DNA of 64,000 nucleotides, from the NCBI GenBank assembly GCA_964016885.1, contig OZ024761.1, positions 310,001 through 374,000 of the forward strand, in the 5' to 3' direction. This document shows, one piece after another, positions 28,144 to 41,125 of this stretch (the stretch's first letter is position 1; every line of letters begins with the position of its first letter). The position numbers and the translations under genes were made by a program. The notes beneath the pieces were generated by a model, which saw only the letters and a program-made list of their open reading frames with translations, searched no databases and had not been told where the DNA came from. Source of the DNA: Eledone cirrhosa. Taxonomy: Eukaryota.

Positions 28144-28461
28144 GTATGTTGTGTTACCACTTCTACCAAACTCGTCCGATGGACTGAGTGTTCTACCACT
28201 ACGGATATTACCTTCCAGTGTTCTACCTCTCTCTCTATACATTTTAGTTTAAAATGTATGGTGTGCATTTTAGTTTAAATGTAAAATGTATGTAATTGAC
28301 TTTATAGTGTACGAAGATTGCTAGAAATGAGTCAGCAAAAACACTTCACAAAGCAGAACGAATTCTGTCGTCCATTGTTAGAAATATATAGTGGCGGGGG
28401 GGTGCTTTGAAATCTATGCATACGTGTAAAAGCCGGTTGTTATATATATATAATATATGTT

Positions 28462-28560
<99 letters not shown>

Positions 28561-28943
28561 AGGTGGATGTAAGTATGTATATGTATTTATGTATGTATAT
28601 ATATGCATGTATATGTATGTATGTGTATATATATAAGTATATATATATATGTATGTATATATATATATATGTTTATATATGTATATATATATATATATAT
28701 GTTTAAATATATATATGTCTATATATATATGTTTAAATATATATGTATATATATATGTATATATATATGTATATATATATATATGTTTATATATATATGT
28801 ATGTATATATATAATGTTTATATATATATATTTATATATATATGTATATATATATATAAATATATAAATATATATGTATATATATATATGTATATAAATA
28901 TATATATGTAGATATACATATATATATAAATATATATATGTAG

Positions 28944-29000
<57 letters not shown>

Positions 29001-29360
29001 AATATATATATATGTAATTATATATATATTATATATATATATATATATATATGTACACACATATATATATATACATACACACATATATATATATATACAT
29101 ACACACATATATATATACATATATATACACATATATATACACATATATATACACATACATACACATACATACATGTACATACACATACATACACATACAT
29201 ATGTATGTGTATAAATATATTTTATATGTATATGTGTATGTATGTGTATGTATGTGTATATATATGTATATATATATGTGTATATATATGTATATATATA
29301 TATGCGTGTATGTATATATATATGTGTGTATGTATATATATATGTGTGTATGTATATATA

Positions 29361-29399
<39 letters not shown>

Positions 29400-29574
29400 G
29401 TGTGTTTATATATGTATGTGTATAAATATATTTTTATATGCATATATGTGTATGTATGTGTATGTATGTGTATATATATGTATATATATATGTGTATATA
29501 TATGTATATATATATATGCGTGTATGTATATATATATATGTGTATGTATATATATATATGTGTGTATGTATATA

Positions 29575-29607
<33 letters not shown>

Positions 29608-29804
29608 TTATATGTGTGTTTATATATGTATGTGTATAAATATATTTTTATATGTATATATGTGTATGTATGTGTATGTATGTGTATATATATGTGTATA
29701 TATATGTCTATAGATATGTATATATATATGTATGTATATATATATGTGTGTATGTATATATATATATGTATGTATACATATATATATATATACATATATC
29801 TATC

Positions 29805-29960
29805 TATCTAAGGCGGGTAAAATTCCCGAGATCCATGGACGAGTTCTCTCCAGCGGTCTCTGTCCCTCATTATCGCTGCTATGTTCTGCGTCTCCAACAG
29901 ACCAGTGTCTGTCCTTAGGGCATCAACATACGTTAACCTTGGTCTTCCTCTTCTAGTGTG
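29805..29960 (-). mobile_element. RTE/RTE-X-like LINE 3' fragment
   Basis: Reverse complement of the 21935-22215 family. Confidence 0.75.
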
Positions 29961-29963
29961 TAC

Positions 29964-30025
<62 letters not shown>

Positions 30026-30028
30026 TTC

Positions 30029-30064
<36 letters not shown>

Positions 30065-30069
<5 letters not shown>

Positions 30070-30472
30070 ATACTTTGGGAGGGTCATGTTGCCAATAAGA
30101 AACACACGCACCAGTTGCTTTCACTTCAATTTATTATATATTTATAAATTTATAAATTTATAAATTTCTGGTTGGTTGGTTCCACAACCAGATAGTTGTT
30201 TATATATAGTCATAGTTCTTTCGTCACTGAAGAGGTCACAGAGTGTGTGACGAAAGAACTATGACTATATATAAACAACTATCTGGTCATGGAACCAACC
30301 AACCAACCAGAAATTTATAAATTTATAAATTTATAAATATATAATAAATTGAAGTGAAAGCAACTGGTGCGTGTGTTTCTTATTGGCAACATGACCCTCC
30401 CAAAGTATAACAATATCGGTTTCAACACACGATTTCAGATAAAGAATCTTGCTAAACAAATTCAGAAACGAA
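30065..30472. mobile_element. ORF-less palindromic PLE terminal repeat (arms 30065-30227 / 30247-30413) with a hammerhead at the apex
   Basis: About 165-bp inverted arms. The 3' end is related to the 666-1117 family (gaccctccc.aagtataacaatat). Confidence 0.85.
30223..30265 (+). ncRNA. Type I hammerhead ribozyme
   Basis: guca-CUGAAGA-g-gucaca/ugugac-GAA-AG.aa.CU-A/ugac. Confidence 0.8.
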
Positions 30473-31424
30473 ATATATATATATATTTGTATGTATACAT
30501 ATGTATATATATATATATGTATATGTAAACACACATACACACACACGTACGTCTCTCACAGTTACTGTATAATATATTTCAATACCATGTTTAATACCCA
30601 GACAGTTATTAAATAATACAGAACTTAAAAGTCTGTAATCTGTTTTTTCCCCTATTGTCAGTGGTTATTGTTTGGTGTTTACACTTGTCAACGCCTATAG
30701 CTAAGAAAATGTGTAACCAATATTACATTTGATCGATTTTGAGAATCAGTAGAGCGTCGGACAATAAGCTTTATGGCATATACGTAGTCAAGTTTCTTTA
30801 CGTTCTGATTTCAAATCCTGCCGAGGTTAGCTTTGCCTTTCATCCTTTGCCGCCATCGAACTCATGACATTACGATTGTGAGTAGAATACCCTCACCACA
30901 AGACCAAGCGCTTTCCAAAAAGCTAGCGGACACCATTGGATAACATTCACCTGAAAAGAAAGGCTCTCACAAGCAGAAGTTTGCCGAAGTTACAGAACGT
31001 GTAATTAACATTCATCTGAAAAGTAAGTTTCGTACAAGCAGGAAGTTTTCTGAAGCTACCAGATATTGTATTAACCCGCACGTGAAGAGAAAGTCGCTTA
31101 ACTTCTTCAGAGCAACCGAACAGCTATTAGTCTTCTGTTTAACCGCACCTAAAGCATAACATTTTCATGCGTCGTTGAAAACTTTATACGAAGCCATAAC
31201 ACCTTCTAAGCATCCTCACCAAAAGAATATACCCATGTCATGTTTCTTGCAAGGTTTTATTCAGGAAATGAGAGGCGTTGTTCTCGCTATTTCAGAAATC
31301 AACTACATACCCAAACAGCGACATGGGCATCGGCTCCAACATTGGTTTACTCGGTGCAGAGGCCAGTAACTCCAACACGATGTCGATACAATATGTATGT
31401 ATGTATTATGTGTCTGTCTATATG

Positions 31425-31486
<62 letters not shown>

Positions 31487-31589
31487 TACATACATACATA
31501 CATACATACATACATACATACATACATACATACATACATACATACATACATACATACATACATACATACATACATACATACATACATAC

Positions 31590-32116
31590 ATGCTGAACTG
31601 GTCATTGCAAGAACTAAGTGAGATGGATGTTAGAACTCGCAAACTTCTCAGTGTTACTGGGAACTTTAACATCAATGGTGATGTGGATAGGCTATACTTC
31701 TCACGCAAGGTGGCCGGGGTCTAAAAGCAATATTAACAACATATGAGACCCGGATAGTAACACTGAAGCAAGACCTTCAACAGAGGAAAAAGGTTTCCAA
31801 CCATCTTGCCCAGGTTTATGAGCATCAAAAAAAATATCATTAGAATAGCGACTGATCTGGAGGAGAGATATGGAATAAAGCCTGATATAAATCTCTCACC
31901 CAGAGAAATCGGAAGATCCTATTCAATGTTCAAACAAGATAAAAAAATTTACCAATTTACAGAAAAAGTTGTGCATGGATACTTGAGACGTAAAACACAG
32001 ACCATAGAGGGGATAAACCACTCAAAAAGCCTGACATGGAGTTCCGACAAGTTTATGACATCACACCTTGAGGGATATCTCTATGCAATACAGGAACAAG
32101 AACTCCCTACCAAATT
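31590..32116 (+). mobile_element. Internal fragment of an R4/Dong-like non-LTR element (post-RT region)
   Basis: W...EL..MDVRTRKLL......DVDRLY..RK..G, then K.VHG and EGYLYAIQEQELPT. Frameshifted and abuts (TACA)n. Confidence 0.7.
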
Positions 32117-32150
32117 AGCTTCATGCATAGCTGTATACAGATATGTATTG

Positions 32151-32488
32151 AAATTTTGTATTTATAAAGAAATACGGTATGTTTATGGATAAACATTTAG
32201 AAAGCCGTAGCCATGCAAAACACAGCTACGGCTTTCTAAATGTTTATCCACAAACATAACGTATTATTTTAGAAATAGGGCGGTGGATGGCAGTATCGGT
32301 AGAGAGTCTGACGCCATGCTTTGCAGCAAAGAGTTACGGCCCTTGCCATTCTGAGTTCAAATCCCGCCGAGGTTAACTTTGCCTTTCATCCTTATGGGGT
32401 CGATAAAATAAAGTACCAGTAATACACTGGGATAATTGCTGGCCTTGTGCCAAAAGTAGAAACAATTATTTTAGAAATACGAAATTTC
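32151..32488. mobile_element. Small fold-back element (about 60-bp arms) interrupted by SINE-A 32278-32464 with a 15-bp TSD
   Basis: Arms ..ataaacatttagaaagccgtagc / gctacggctttctaaatgtttat.. and TSD attattttagaaata at 32263-32277 and 32465-32479. Confidence 0.75.
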
Positions 32489-32607
32489 CATTACTAAAAC
32501 AGTTTTGCAAGAGATGTCAACATGAATGGACCTGTTATTTTTATCTAAAGACTTTTTTTCCAATTCCATCCCTCCCGTCCCTTCAATCTATCTTATTTCT
32601 CATTCTC

Positions 32608-32643
32608 TCTTATGATGAAGGACTAGCGTCCGAAACGTTAAGA
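32608..32643 (+). ncRNA. Minimal hammerhead ribozyme, C3 mutated to A
   Basis: ucuu-AUGAUGA-a-ggac-uagc-gucc-GAA-ACGU-U/aaga. The element 32510-32730 matches 50815-51030. Confidence 0.65.
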
Positions 32644-32724
32644 CCCTCTTCCTGCTATATCAAGCGTTAACCTAATATATCCATTCCCTATACTGTACCG
32701 ATTGTGTTGTTATTTCTGTTTACC

Positions 32725-32789
<65 letters not shown>

Positions 32790-32891
32790 AATATATATAT
32801 TAGCAAGTGAGGTTTTTTTTACAAAATGAAAAAAAAAACGAGGTGTCCTACACGAGTGAAAGTATAAGAAAAAAATAGCTTTTTTTCCCCT

Positions 32892-32967
<76 letters not shown>

Positions 32968-33054
32968 TAAACAGTACATGGGGAGAATGATGGAACATCT
33001 TACTGCATTGATAGAAATGTTCGTAAATCAACTAAATAATTCAATTGATTTACG

Positions 33055-33393
33055 ACACAACACAACACAACACAATACAAAACACACTAACACAACACAG
33101 CACAACACAAGACACACTAACACAAAACAGCACAACACAAGACACACTAACACAACACAGCACAACACAAGACACACTAACACAACACAGCACAACACAA
33201 GACACACTAACAGAACACAGCACAACACAAGACACACTAACACAACACAGCACAACACAAGACACACTAACACAACACAGCACAACACAAGACACACTAA
33301 CACAACACAGCACAACACAAGACACACTAACACAACACAGCACAACACAAGACACACTAACACAACACAACACAAGGCAAGACACTAACACAA
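33055..33393. repeat. 30-bp minisatellite, about 11 copies
   Basis: cacaacacagcacaacacaagacacactaa repeated. Confidence 0.95.
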
Positions 33394-33669
33394 CGCGCCA
33401 ATCGGGCCGAGAATCGAACTCACAATTCCTTTTACGATCATGTCATGAGCCAAACACACGTTTTTGTAACAGAACTACGATTGTTGACAGAGAGCAAACT
33501 TTGTCAGTTCGTTTTGCGTTTTGTCAAACTCTTTATTTCTCTCCTCCTCTTCCTTCTCCTCTCATTCCACCATTTTTATAGTTGTAACAAAACCCTCTAC
33601 AATAAAAAACAAAACTAAAACAGTCGTTTTCGCTCTTAACATGGTGGATACCTAAATATATTCGTGATG

Positions 33670-33866
33670 ATTTCTAGTATAGGCACAAAGCCAGTAATTT
33701 TTTTTTGTGGGGGGGGGGAGTCAATTAAATCGACCCCAGTACGTTACTGGTACTGTATTTTATCGACTCCGTAAGGAGACCGTAAAGAGCTGTAACTCTA
33801 TGCTGCAAAGCATGCTGTCCGACTCTCTGCCGATACTGCCAATCCACCGCCCTAGTGATGATAATA

Positions 33867-33913
<47 letters not shown>

Positions 33914-34215
33914 AATGATGATGTTATAATAATTGTTTCTACTTTTGGCACAAGGTCAGCAATTATCACAGTGCGTGACTGGTACCTTATTTTATCGACC
34001 CCGTAGAGATGTATTCCTGAGTGAAGAATAGTAATATAATAATAATTGTTTCTACTTTTGGCACAAGGTCAGCAATTATCTCAGTACATTACTGGTACTT
34101 TATTTTATCGACCCCGTAAGGATGAAAGGCAAAGTTAACCTCGACGGAATTTGAATTCAGACCGTAAAGGGACGTAACTATGCGTGGCGTCCGACTCTCT
34201 ACCGATACTGCCAAT
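33670..34215 (-). mobile_element. Cluster of three SINE-A copies or fragments
   Basis: 33670-33852, 33933-34004 and 34046-34215 match the SINE-A reverse complement. Confidence 0.8.
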
Positions 34216-34329
34216 TTAATATCATAATATTATAAATATACAGTTTTTTTGCAAGCAATCAGCCGCTGTATAGATCTGAGAATACTATATATTCTCAGCA
34301 GTTCCAGTGGGCAGCAGTGAGCAGAATAC

Positions 34330-34375
34330 ACAATCTTGATAAGGAACAAAAAACTCCGAAACAATTGTCGATTGT
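34330..34375 (+). ncRNA. Hammerhead ribozyme with U3-A8 core variant
   Basis: acaauc-UUGAUAA-gga..ucc-GAA-ACAAUUGU-C/gauugu, with a GUC site. Confidence 0.7.
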
Positions 34376-34443
34376 TTTCTCTCAGCTATCGCTGGAACAA
34401 AATTTACAACAGTTATGAGCAAAATTTACAACAAAATTTACAA

Positions 34444-34738
34444 CAGTTATGAGCAACCTGCGGCCCGCGAAGCTTTCTGAATGTCTCGCCTAAGTCACCT
34501 AAGTGAAATCTTTCTGATTTGTTTACCCTAACTTTTCAGTCGTAATTTATCTTTCTATCATTTTTACGATCGAGGAAAACAACGTGTATGAATTCTGAAG
34601 AAACAAATCAAAACAACCTGAGTTGCCACCCTCTTTTTTTTTTAATGTGGGCACGAATTTAAATTAGCACTTGCGGCGCGCCTGATGATGAGCCATATCT
34701 CATGCGACCCGCTTCTCGAAAAAGGTTGCCCATGCCTG
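34444..34738. mobile_element. hAT (Charlie-like) MITE; second fragment at about 35060-35120
   Basis: TIRs cagttatgagcaacct / aggttgcccatgcctg and subterminal gcggcccgc. Confidence 0.65.
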
Positions 34739-34760
34739 CTTTAAAACAATGATGTTTTAA

Positions 34761-34983
34761 CCCTTTAGCATTTAAACCGGCTGTATCCGGCCAGAATTCT
34801 CTCAACCTCTTTCTGTTCAAACCAGCTGTAACCAGCCACTCATGCAGATGCTAAGGTATTGTTCTCAAAATAAATAATATCAAAATCTCATAGATTCGAT
34901 ATTAATATGAGATAATTATGTGAGATAGATCCTTTACCATGAAAACACAATAGAATATATAGAGTAATGTAAATGCTAAAGGG
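34761..34983. mobile_element. piggyBac-like MITE
   Basis: TTAA-ccctttagcattta ... taaatgctaaaggg-TTAA. Confidence 0.8.
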
Positions 34984-35388
34984 TTAAACATGGTTTCAAG
35001 GGGTTTGGGTTTCAAAAAGAGAGGAATATAAACAATTTATTTCAAACGAGAGATTTTGAAATCTGATGATGAGCCATATCTGATGCGGACCGCTTCTCAA
35101 AAAAGTTTGCCCAAACCTGATCTACAATATTATAAATGGTATTACAATAGTACTGTTATTCATATACGAATACATCTCTACAGTAAACTTGTGATGTATT
35201 TGTTAGAAAAAAATTATATCGTGTTTTTTTTTTGGTTGATGATGTTTATTTGGTTTTTTTTTGTGTGTGTGTGGGGGGGGGGGGGGGGTCTGTCAATGCC
35301 CACATCGTATTTAGGTAACTTAATTACTGTAAGTATCAGAAACACCGCAGGGAGAACTGCAGACAGCTAGCATATATACATATATACA

Positions 35389-35431
<43 letters not shown>

Positions 35432-35494
35432 TATATATATATATATATGGAGAAAAAATTTACGAAATGGAAATGCGGGTATATAGAATTTATT

Positions 35495-35608
35495 AGGTAA
35501 CAATTGTTTCTATAGTGTATGAGTTACTTATACCTCGCTATTTGAATACACAAATATTATCAAAAACCGAAAGTACACTGTAAGCCAACACACCATGTCA
35601 TCAGACCT
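35495..35608 (-). ncRNA. Hammerhead ribozyme with a long (about 90-nt) stem-loop II
   Basis: aggu-CUGAUGA-c-auggugu...acacuau-a-GAA-ACAAUUGU-U/accu. Confidence 0.65.
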
Positions 35609-35754
35609 TTGTATTAGAATGATATGAAAATATTTTATACACTAGATAAAAGATAAAGAAGGAGGTAGGAAGAGAAGGGGAAGAGGGAAGTGAGTAAGGT
35701 GGAGGGAGTCTTAGGGTTTAAGACTGTCAGACTAGTAGAGATTGTGAAGAGAGA

Positions 35755-35788
<34 letters not shown>

Positions 35789-35870
35789 ATGTATATATTT
35801 AAATACTCATACACACATATACATATATACATTTTACATATATGTATATATATATGTATGTGTATGTATG

Positions 35871-35969
<99 letters not shown>

Positions 35970-36052
35970 ATAATAATAAAATTGAAGACTAAAATCCAAA
36001 GAGGGCTCGATAAGGATAAATATATATCAAATATATAAGAACCGTAGAGCAA

Positions 36053-36188
36053 ATATTTATTAAATAACAGATTAAAGTTTAAGCAAAGAATCGCTGCTTT
36101 CACCCTTAACGGGATCTTCTGAAGATCCCGTTAAGGGTGAAAGCAGCGATTCTTTGCTTAAACTTTAATCTGTTATTTTAATAAATAT
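36053..36188. mobile_element. ORF-less palindrome of the 37890 PLE terminal repeat, apex inside the hammerhead core
   Basis: 67-bp arms centred on gatcttc-t-gaagatc (36120). The left arm is nearly identical to 37891-37957. Confidence 0.85.
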
Positions 36189-36328
36189 ACATTTTATATA
36201 TATATATATTAACCATCTTTTAACCATCTTTTGATCTTATATTATGCATACTCCAGTCCTACAAACTGTAGAGTGCTTCTTATCCGATATCTGCATTGCT
36301 TTATTGTACTACAATAAAACTCACCTCC

Positions 36329-36399
<71 letters not shown>

Positions 36400-36601
36400 C
36401 TGTGTCGATTTGTATATATTAATGTATTACAAATTAATACAAATGGAAAACTCTTTTTTGCTGTACCAATGACACAAACGCGAGCCAATCGATTCGATTT
36501 GTGCTTATTTAATCTAATATTTAAGTACGATAAACATTTTTACCGTCGCTATTGGCACCGCCAGCCAGTATTTAATGTTTGTCTGTGTGTATATATATAC
36601 A

Positions 36602-36642
<41 letters not shown>

Positions 36643-36735
36643 ATGTACATGTGTTTATATATGTGTATGTGTTTATATATATACGTATATACATTTACAT
36701 TTTTCCTGTCTATTCCCCTACACCCCTCTCTCTAT

Positions 36736-36789
<54 letters not shown>

Positions 36790-36881
36790 AATGTATGTAT
36801 ACAGGACTACGTTTTCCCATGTGTGCTATCCTAAATTGCGGCTATTTCTCCCCCCCCCCCCCACTCTCTCCGTCTGTCTTA

Positions 36882-36919
<38 letters not shown>

Positions 36920-36922
<3 letters not shown>

Positions 36923-37026
36923 GGTGTTCTAAAAATATGTGTACACACTTTAATTACCTGTAGAGGCAATATTTATTAGAATGTTGTTGAAGTATGTATA
37001 CATTTTTTTTTGGGGGGGACACCCTG
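36920..37026. mobile_element. Tc1/mariner-type MITE
   Basis: TA-cagggtgttc ... ggacaccctg-TA. Confidence 0.7.
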
Positions 37027-37586
37027 TATATATAAAGGGAAACTAACATTTGCAAAGCAGCCATTGTTGTCTTCGTTTATAAAATTACCCTATAGTATAT
37101 AGCCCGGTTATGTTGTTAGAATGTCCAAGGAAAGAATCGCTGGACAGGACACATTTTATGGTCAAAGCCCACCCACAACCAGCAGGACGCACAGGGGTGG
37201 AGTACGAATAAGATGGTTTTGCTAACGTCCATGAACTCGGATGGTCTTTTGCTTGCTTAGGGTGGGACCCAGTCGGATCATTTGGAGAGGTTTTGGAGAC
37301 GTTTTACTGTTGATTGGATTGGACACTCAAGATGAGTGAGTGAAGAATATGAAGAAGACGCAGCAGAACGAGGAGAAGGAGGAGGAGAAGAATGAGAAGT
37401 ATGAGCAGAATTGTGAGGAAGAGGAAGAGATGAGGAGGAGGTTGGAGAGGAAAAGCAGACAAGAAGAAGAAGAATTATGAGAATAAGACTTATGAGAAGG
37501 AGGTGGAAGACGAAAAATAAGGAGGATGAGGAGAAGAATTAGAATATGATGGACGAGAAAAATTAGGCTATATATGTATATGTTAT

Positions 37587-37797
37587 GGCGTGTGGCTGAG
37601 TGGCTAGAGCATTGGATTCACAATCTTGAGGTTGTGAGTTCGATTCCCGGACCGAGCGATGCGTTATGTCCTTGAGCAAGACACTTTATTTCACGTTGCT
37701 CCTTCTACCTGGAGTTGAGACCGGTAGATAATATTAGCAACTGGAAAGACCAACGGAAACATTGTTTCCTCGGTCCGATTTGATGAAAGTCGATCGA
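37587..37797 (+). mobile_element. tRNA-derived SINE family B (also 56536-56727 and 62595-62795, minus)
   Basis: A box tggctgagtgg, B box gagttcgattcc, and the gtccttgagcaagacactt motif. Confidence 0.85.
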
Positions 37798-37847
37798 TAT
37801 ATATATATATATATATATAGATATATGTGTATATAGATATATAGATT

Positions 37848-37889
<42 letters not shown>

Positions 37890-37896
<7 letters not shown>

Positions 37897-40605
37897 TAAA
37901 ATAACAGATTAAAGTTTAAGCAAAGAATCGGTGCTTTCACCCTTAACGGGATCTTCTGAAACTAACAAAGTCAATCTGTGAACGCAGAAGTGAATATTTA
38001 AAAAAACGTTGCAACCGGAGGAAGACAGGAAGGCGATACTTTGGTTCGTGGAAACGTTCTCTGGCAAAGAACGGGAAAAACGAATATAATACATCATTAA
38101 TAGGAGCGGTGAAAAACAATTACACGCAAAGACAAAACCACGTTTCTGGTGTAAAAGAAGTCGTAGACTAATGTTCTCTTAGGTGGTTCATAGAGACGTC
38201 CTCTATGAACCGGAAAAGACGAAGATAATACGTCATATATGGAGCGTGGAGAACAATTGCACGCAAAGACAAAACCACGTAAATGGTATAACTGAAGTCG
38301 TAGACTAAAATTCTAACTAGGAAACCGAATAATTCTCCGCTTCAGAGTTAAGAATAAAGTAAATAAAAAACAATACAGAGGTAATAGAAATTAAATAAAT
38401 ATATACACGCATCCATATACGTACATACACAAGCATACGCGAAAACACTCGCCATAGGTATACAAATACACGCTCATATAAATATGTGTGTGTGCGTGTA
38501 TACAAATAATTAAATAAATGTATATAAATAAATAAATACGTATATAACAAGCGCACACACATACCAACATGTAAATACACAAATATTGGGAGACGTATGT
38601 CAACCAAATCACGAAGTACACGTATACACACACCCTACATACGTACGAACCCGCATACTCACACAGACGCAAAACTCACGTATACACATTAACCAAAAGC
38701 ATATGTACCAGAATATATAAAATATACGCCATAACATATGCAATCAAATATACGTACGAGAAAGTGTATGTACCATCACAAAACATACAGGTAATATATA
38801 CTTACCTATGCAAATAAGTAATGGTATAAACATAACATATACTTAGCTACCACATCAAGACGTAAAATATTCGCGTATAGATCGTACTATCCGTTAGGGT
38901 ATAATGTGGGGCTGTAATACAGGAAAGTTTTGTGCAATTTATGTTTACAAGCCGAAATTGCCTCAGATGTTTTGTTCAAGATGTGGTCTGTGGCGTAGAG
39001 TATTTCCAGGGCCTCAGCGGCGCAGAGGTCACATGGTCTTTTATTTCCGTTATACGATCTAGCCCTAGCTAGGATCTCCCAGTGTAACTTATATTGGGTG
39101 TGGTTGTCTTTTAGACTCCAGATATAAGCTGAAAGTGACGTCATATTCCTTCTTAGAGGGTAACGAAATGAATGGGTATGCATGTAAAGACGCTGCTTGA
39201 ATCTATTGGCGGTTAACCCTATGTAGCCCTACGGGACGTGGGTGTTTCAAGCTTACATTTGTAGACAATGTTACCAGAGAGGCATTTCCCGGATAGGGGG
39301 CAATCATCCCGATTCCTACAATTACAGTTAGTACTAACTACAGGGTTGCACGTGTTCCTACGTCTAGGTAGTTTAGCTAAATTTGAAGCTGTGATGTTAT
39401 GTGCAAGGTTAGGAGTCGTAGAGTAAGAAATTTTAATAGAATTTCTATCAAAAATTTTACTATATTTATGTGTAGGGGGAAATGCTTCGTAATCATGGAT
39501 AGAAAGATCTTAGCTAATGGTGTGGCCACCTCCATATTATATGGTGGGTTATACCATATAATGCGTCGGGATCTATTTCTTCTAGGTCTATTCTCAAACT
39601 CTGTATATGCTACCTTATCGACAAATCCACTCAGAGCCAGAGCTTCATTGTAATATGTGGAATGGTCGTTGAAAATATGCTCGTTAGTAGATAGACAGGA
39701 AAGCCTCAAAGAAACGTTTCTTACCAGGTTCTTGGTTATGCTGGCAGGATGGTTAGAATGCTTACTTATGTAATTAAGCGTATCATTCGGCTTTCTATAC
39801 GGGTAATACAAGTAATTCGATAAATTGAGGGTAACGTCGAGGTAATTAACGACCTTTTCTGAACCTGTCGCAAGCACGTGGGCCGCACTTAGTCATGGTC
39901 AAAAGACCATCATCATGGTACAAACCACCACCCACATTGGGGAATTCGTCCTTGATAGAGAAAAGAAGGAAAAGGCCGATAAGATCAGTAACCTCCGCAG
40001 AATCGCTGGCGCCCATACTAACGTCGAATGGGGTACTATTAGATTTTTTAATCCAAATAGAGTCGTCGAAATTAATCACCGACTTTCGGGCATTAAGGAT
40101 GACATCAACTTCGAAATCCTTAACCACTGTGAGTGTTTTAGAGAAATTGATAGCTCTAAGGAGAAGTGGTAAAGTGATGGAGGAGTAGTAATTATTGATG
40201 TCGAATTGGATGAAACGGCAATGTTCCTTGTTGCATATGCCGTTGAACCAATCAATCACCGCGAAGGAATTGTTCCACAGTGCAAGAGGGGCCAAACTTC
40301 TAATTTCAGGTATAATTCTATCTAAAATCCTTTTACTAAGTCTACCTAAATCGGACTTCGTAGGGTTAATAAGCCGAATAGAGGGGTTGTTCGGAAAATT
40401 GGATTTGTGATCCTTCAGGGTAAAGTGGGGAGAAATAGGGTCCAGAGGTTCGGTCCAGTCCAGGATGTTGAGATCAGAGGTGATTTTAAACCCAGCATCG
40501 TTGATTTCATTAATGACGCACCGATTAGTTTTACGGTAATCCTTAGTTACAGCATTATGTAGTAGTTGATGGTAAGTACTGCGCTCCACTTGATATAGGT
40601 TGCCA
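37890..40605 (-). mobile_element. 5'-truncated, frameshifted Penelope-like element (RT, Cys-rich linker, GIY-YIG endonuclease, 3' UTR with HHR); tentatively Naiad-like
   Basis: RT motifs IRLINP.K, QFDI..YYSSI, MGA.DSAEV.DLIG, LYHDDG and YLDVTLNL. Linker CNC-x5-C-x5-C. Endonuclease IVY..YIGLT..FKQR..H..SF..W.IL..A..Y..CDLC..E. Stop at 38887. Confidence 0.9.
37913..37963 (-). ncRNA. Hammerhead motif in the PLE 3' terminal repeat (U4 to A variant)
   Basis: aguuu-CAGAAGA-u-ccc-guuaa-ggg-u-GAA-AGCA..UGCU-U/aaacu. Confidence 0.6.
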
Positions 40606-40654
40606 AAATACACAATATATTAATAAATGGAAACTATATTTATAGAATCATATA

Positions 40655-40720
40655 TATTTTATTATATATATTTCAAGGTCGACCAAGGTAAATTATGGTG
40701 CGCTTTCATCAGATAAAATA
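40655..40720 (-). ncRNA. Type I hammerhead ribozyme in a terminal repeat abutting the PLE ORF 5' end
   Basis: uauuuuau-CUGAUGA-aag..cuu-GAA-AUAUAUAU-A/auaaaaua. Confidence 0.85.
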
Positions 40721-40935
40721 CAGATTTGTTTTATAAATAAAAATTGACATACCCGGAAAAAGATTACATCTATTTTCTTCCAACAGTTTAATTTAAATAA
40801 ACCGTTGTTTTTTTCAATTCTAATTTTCAATTTCTGCTTGACCGGCAACCGCTCTGTATAATCAGTTCCTGATTATTACTAGAAATTCTATAAGAATCAA
40901 ACATTCATGATTTTCAGCAAACAGGTGGGGTACTT

Positions 40936-40980
40936 GGCTTTGATAAGTACCAATCAGTACGAAACATAGCTCTGTCAGCT
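40936..40980 (+). ncRNA. Hammerhead ribozyme with U3-A8 core, enclosed by a 20-bp outer hairpin (40910-41005)
   Basis: ggcu-UUGAUAA-guac-caauca-guac-GAA-ACAUAGCUCUGU-C/agcu. Confidence 0.7.
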
Positions 40981-41125
40981 TTATCTCCCCCTGTTTGCTG
41001 AAAATTTAAAGTAAGTGAGACTGTCACTACTCTAAAACAATAGCATAAGGTCTTCGAAATGCTTTTAATTAAGCATACAGCGTATTGCAAAATGCACTAT
41101 ATATGCATTCATATATATATATATA

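Noticed and set aside
34681-34730. CUGAUGA..GAAA inside the hAT MITE
   Set aside because: No stem III/NUH or stem I. Chance match.
37587-37660. tRNA gene
   Set aside because: It is the tRNA-like head of a multi-copy SINE and lacks a complete cloverleaf.
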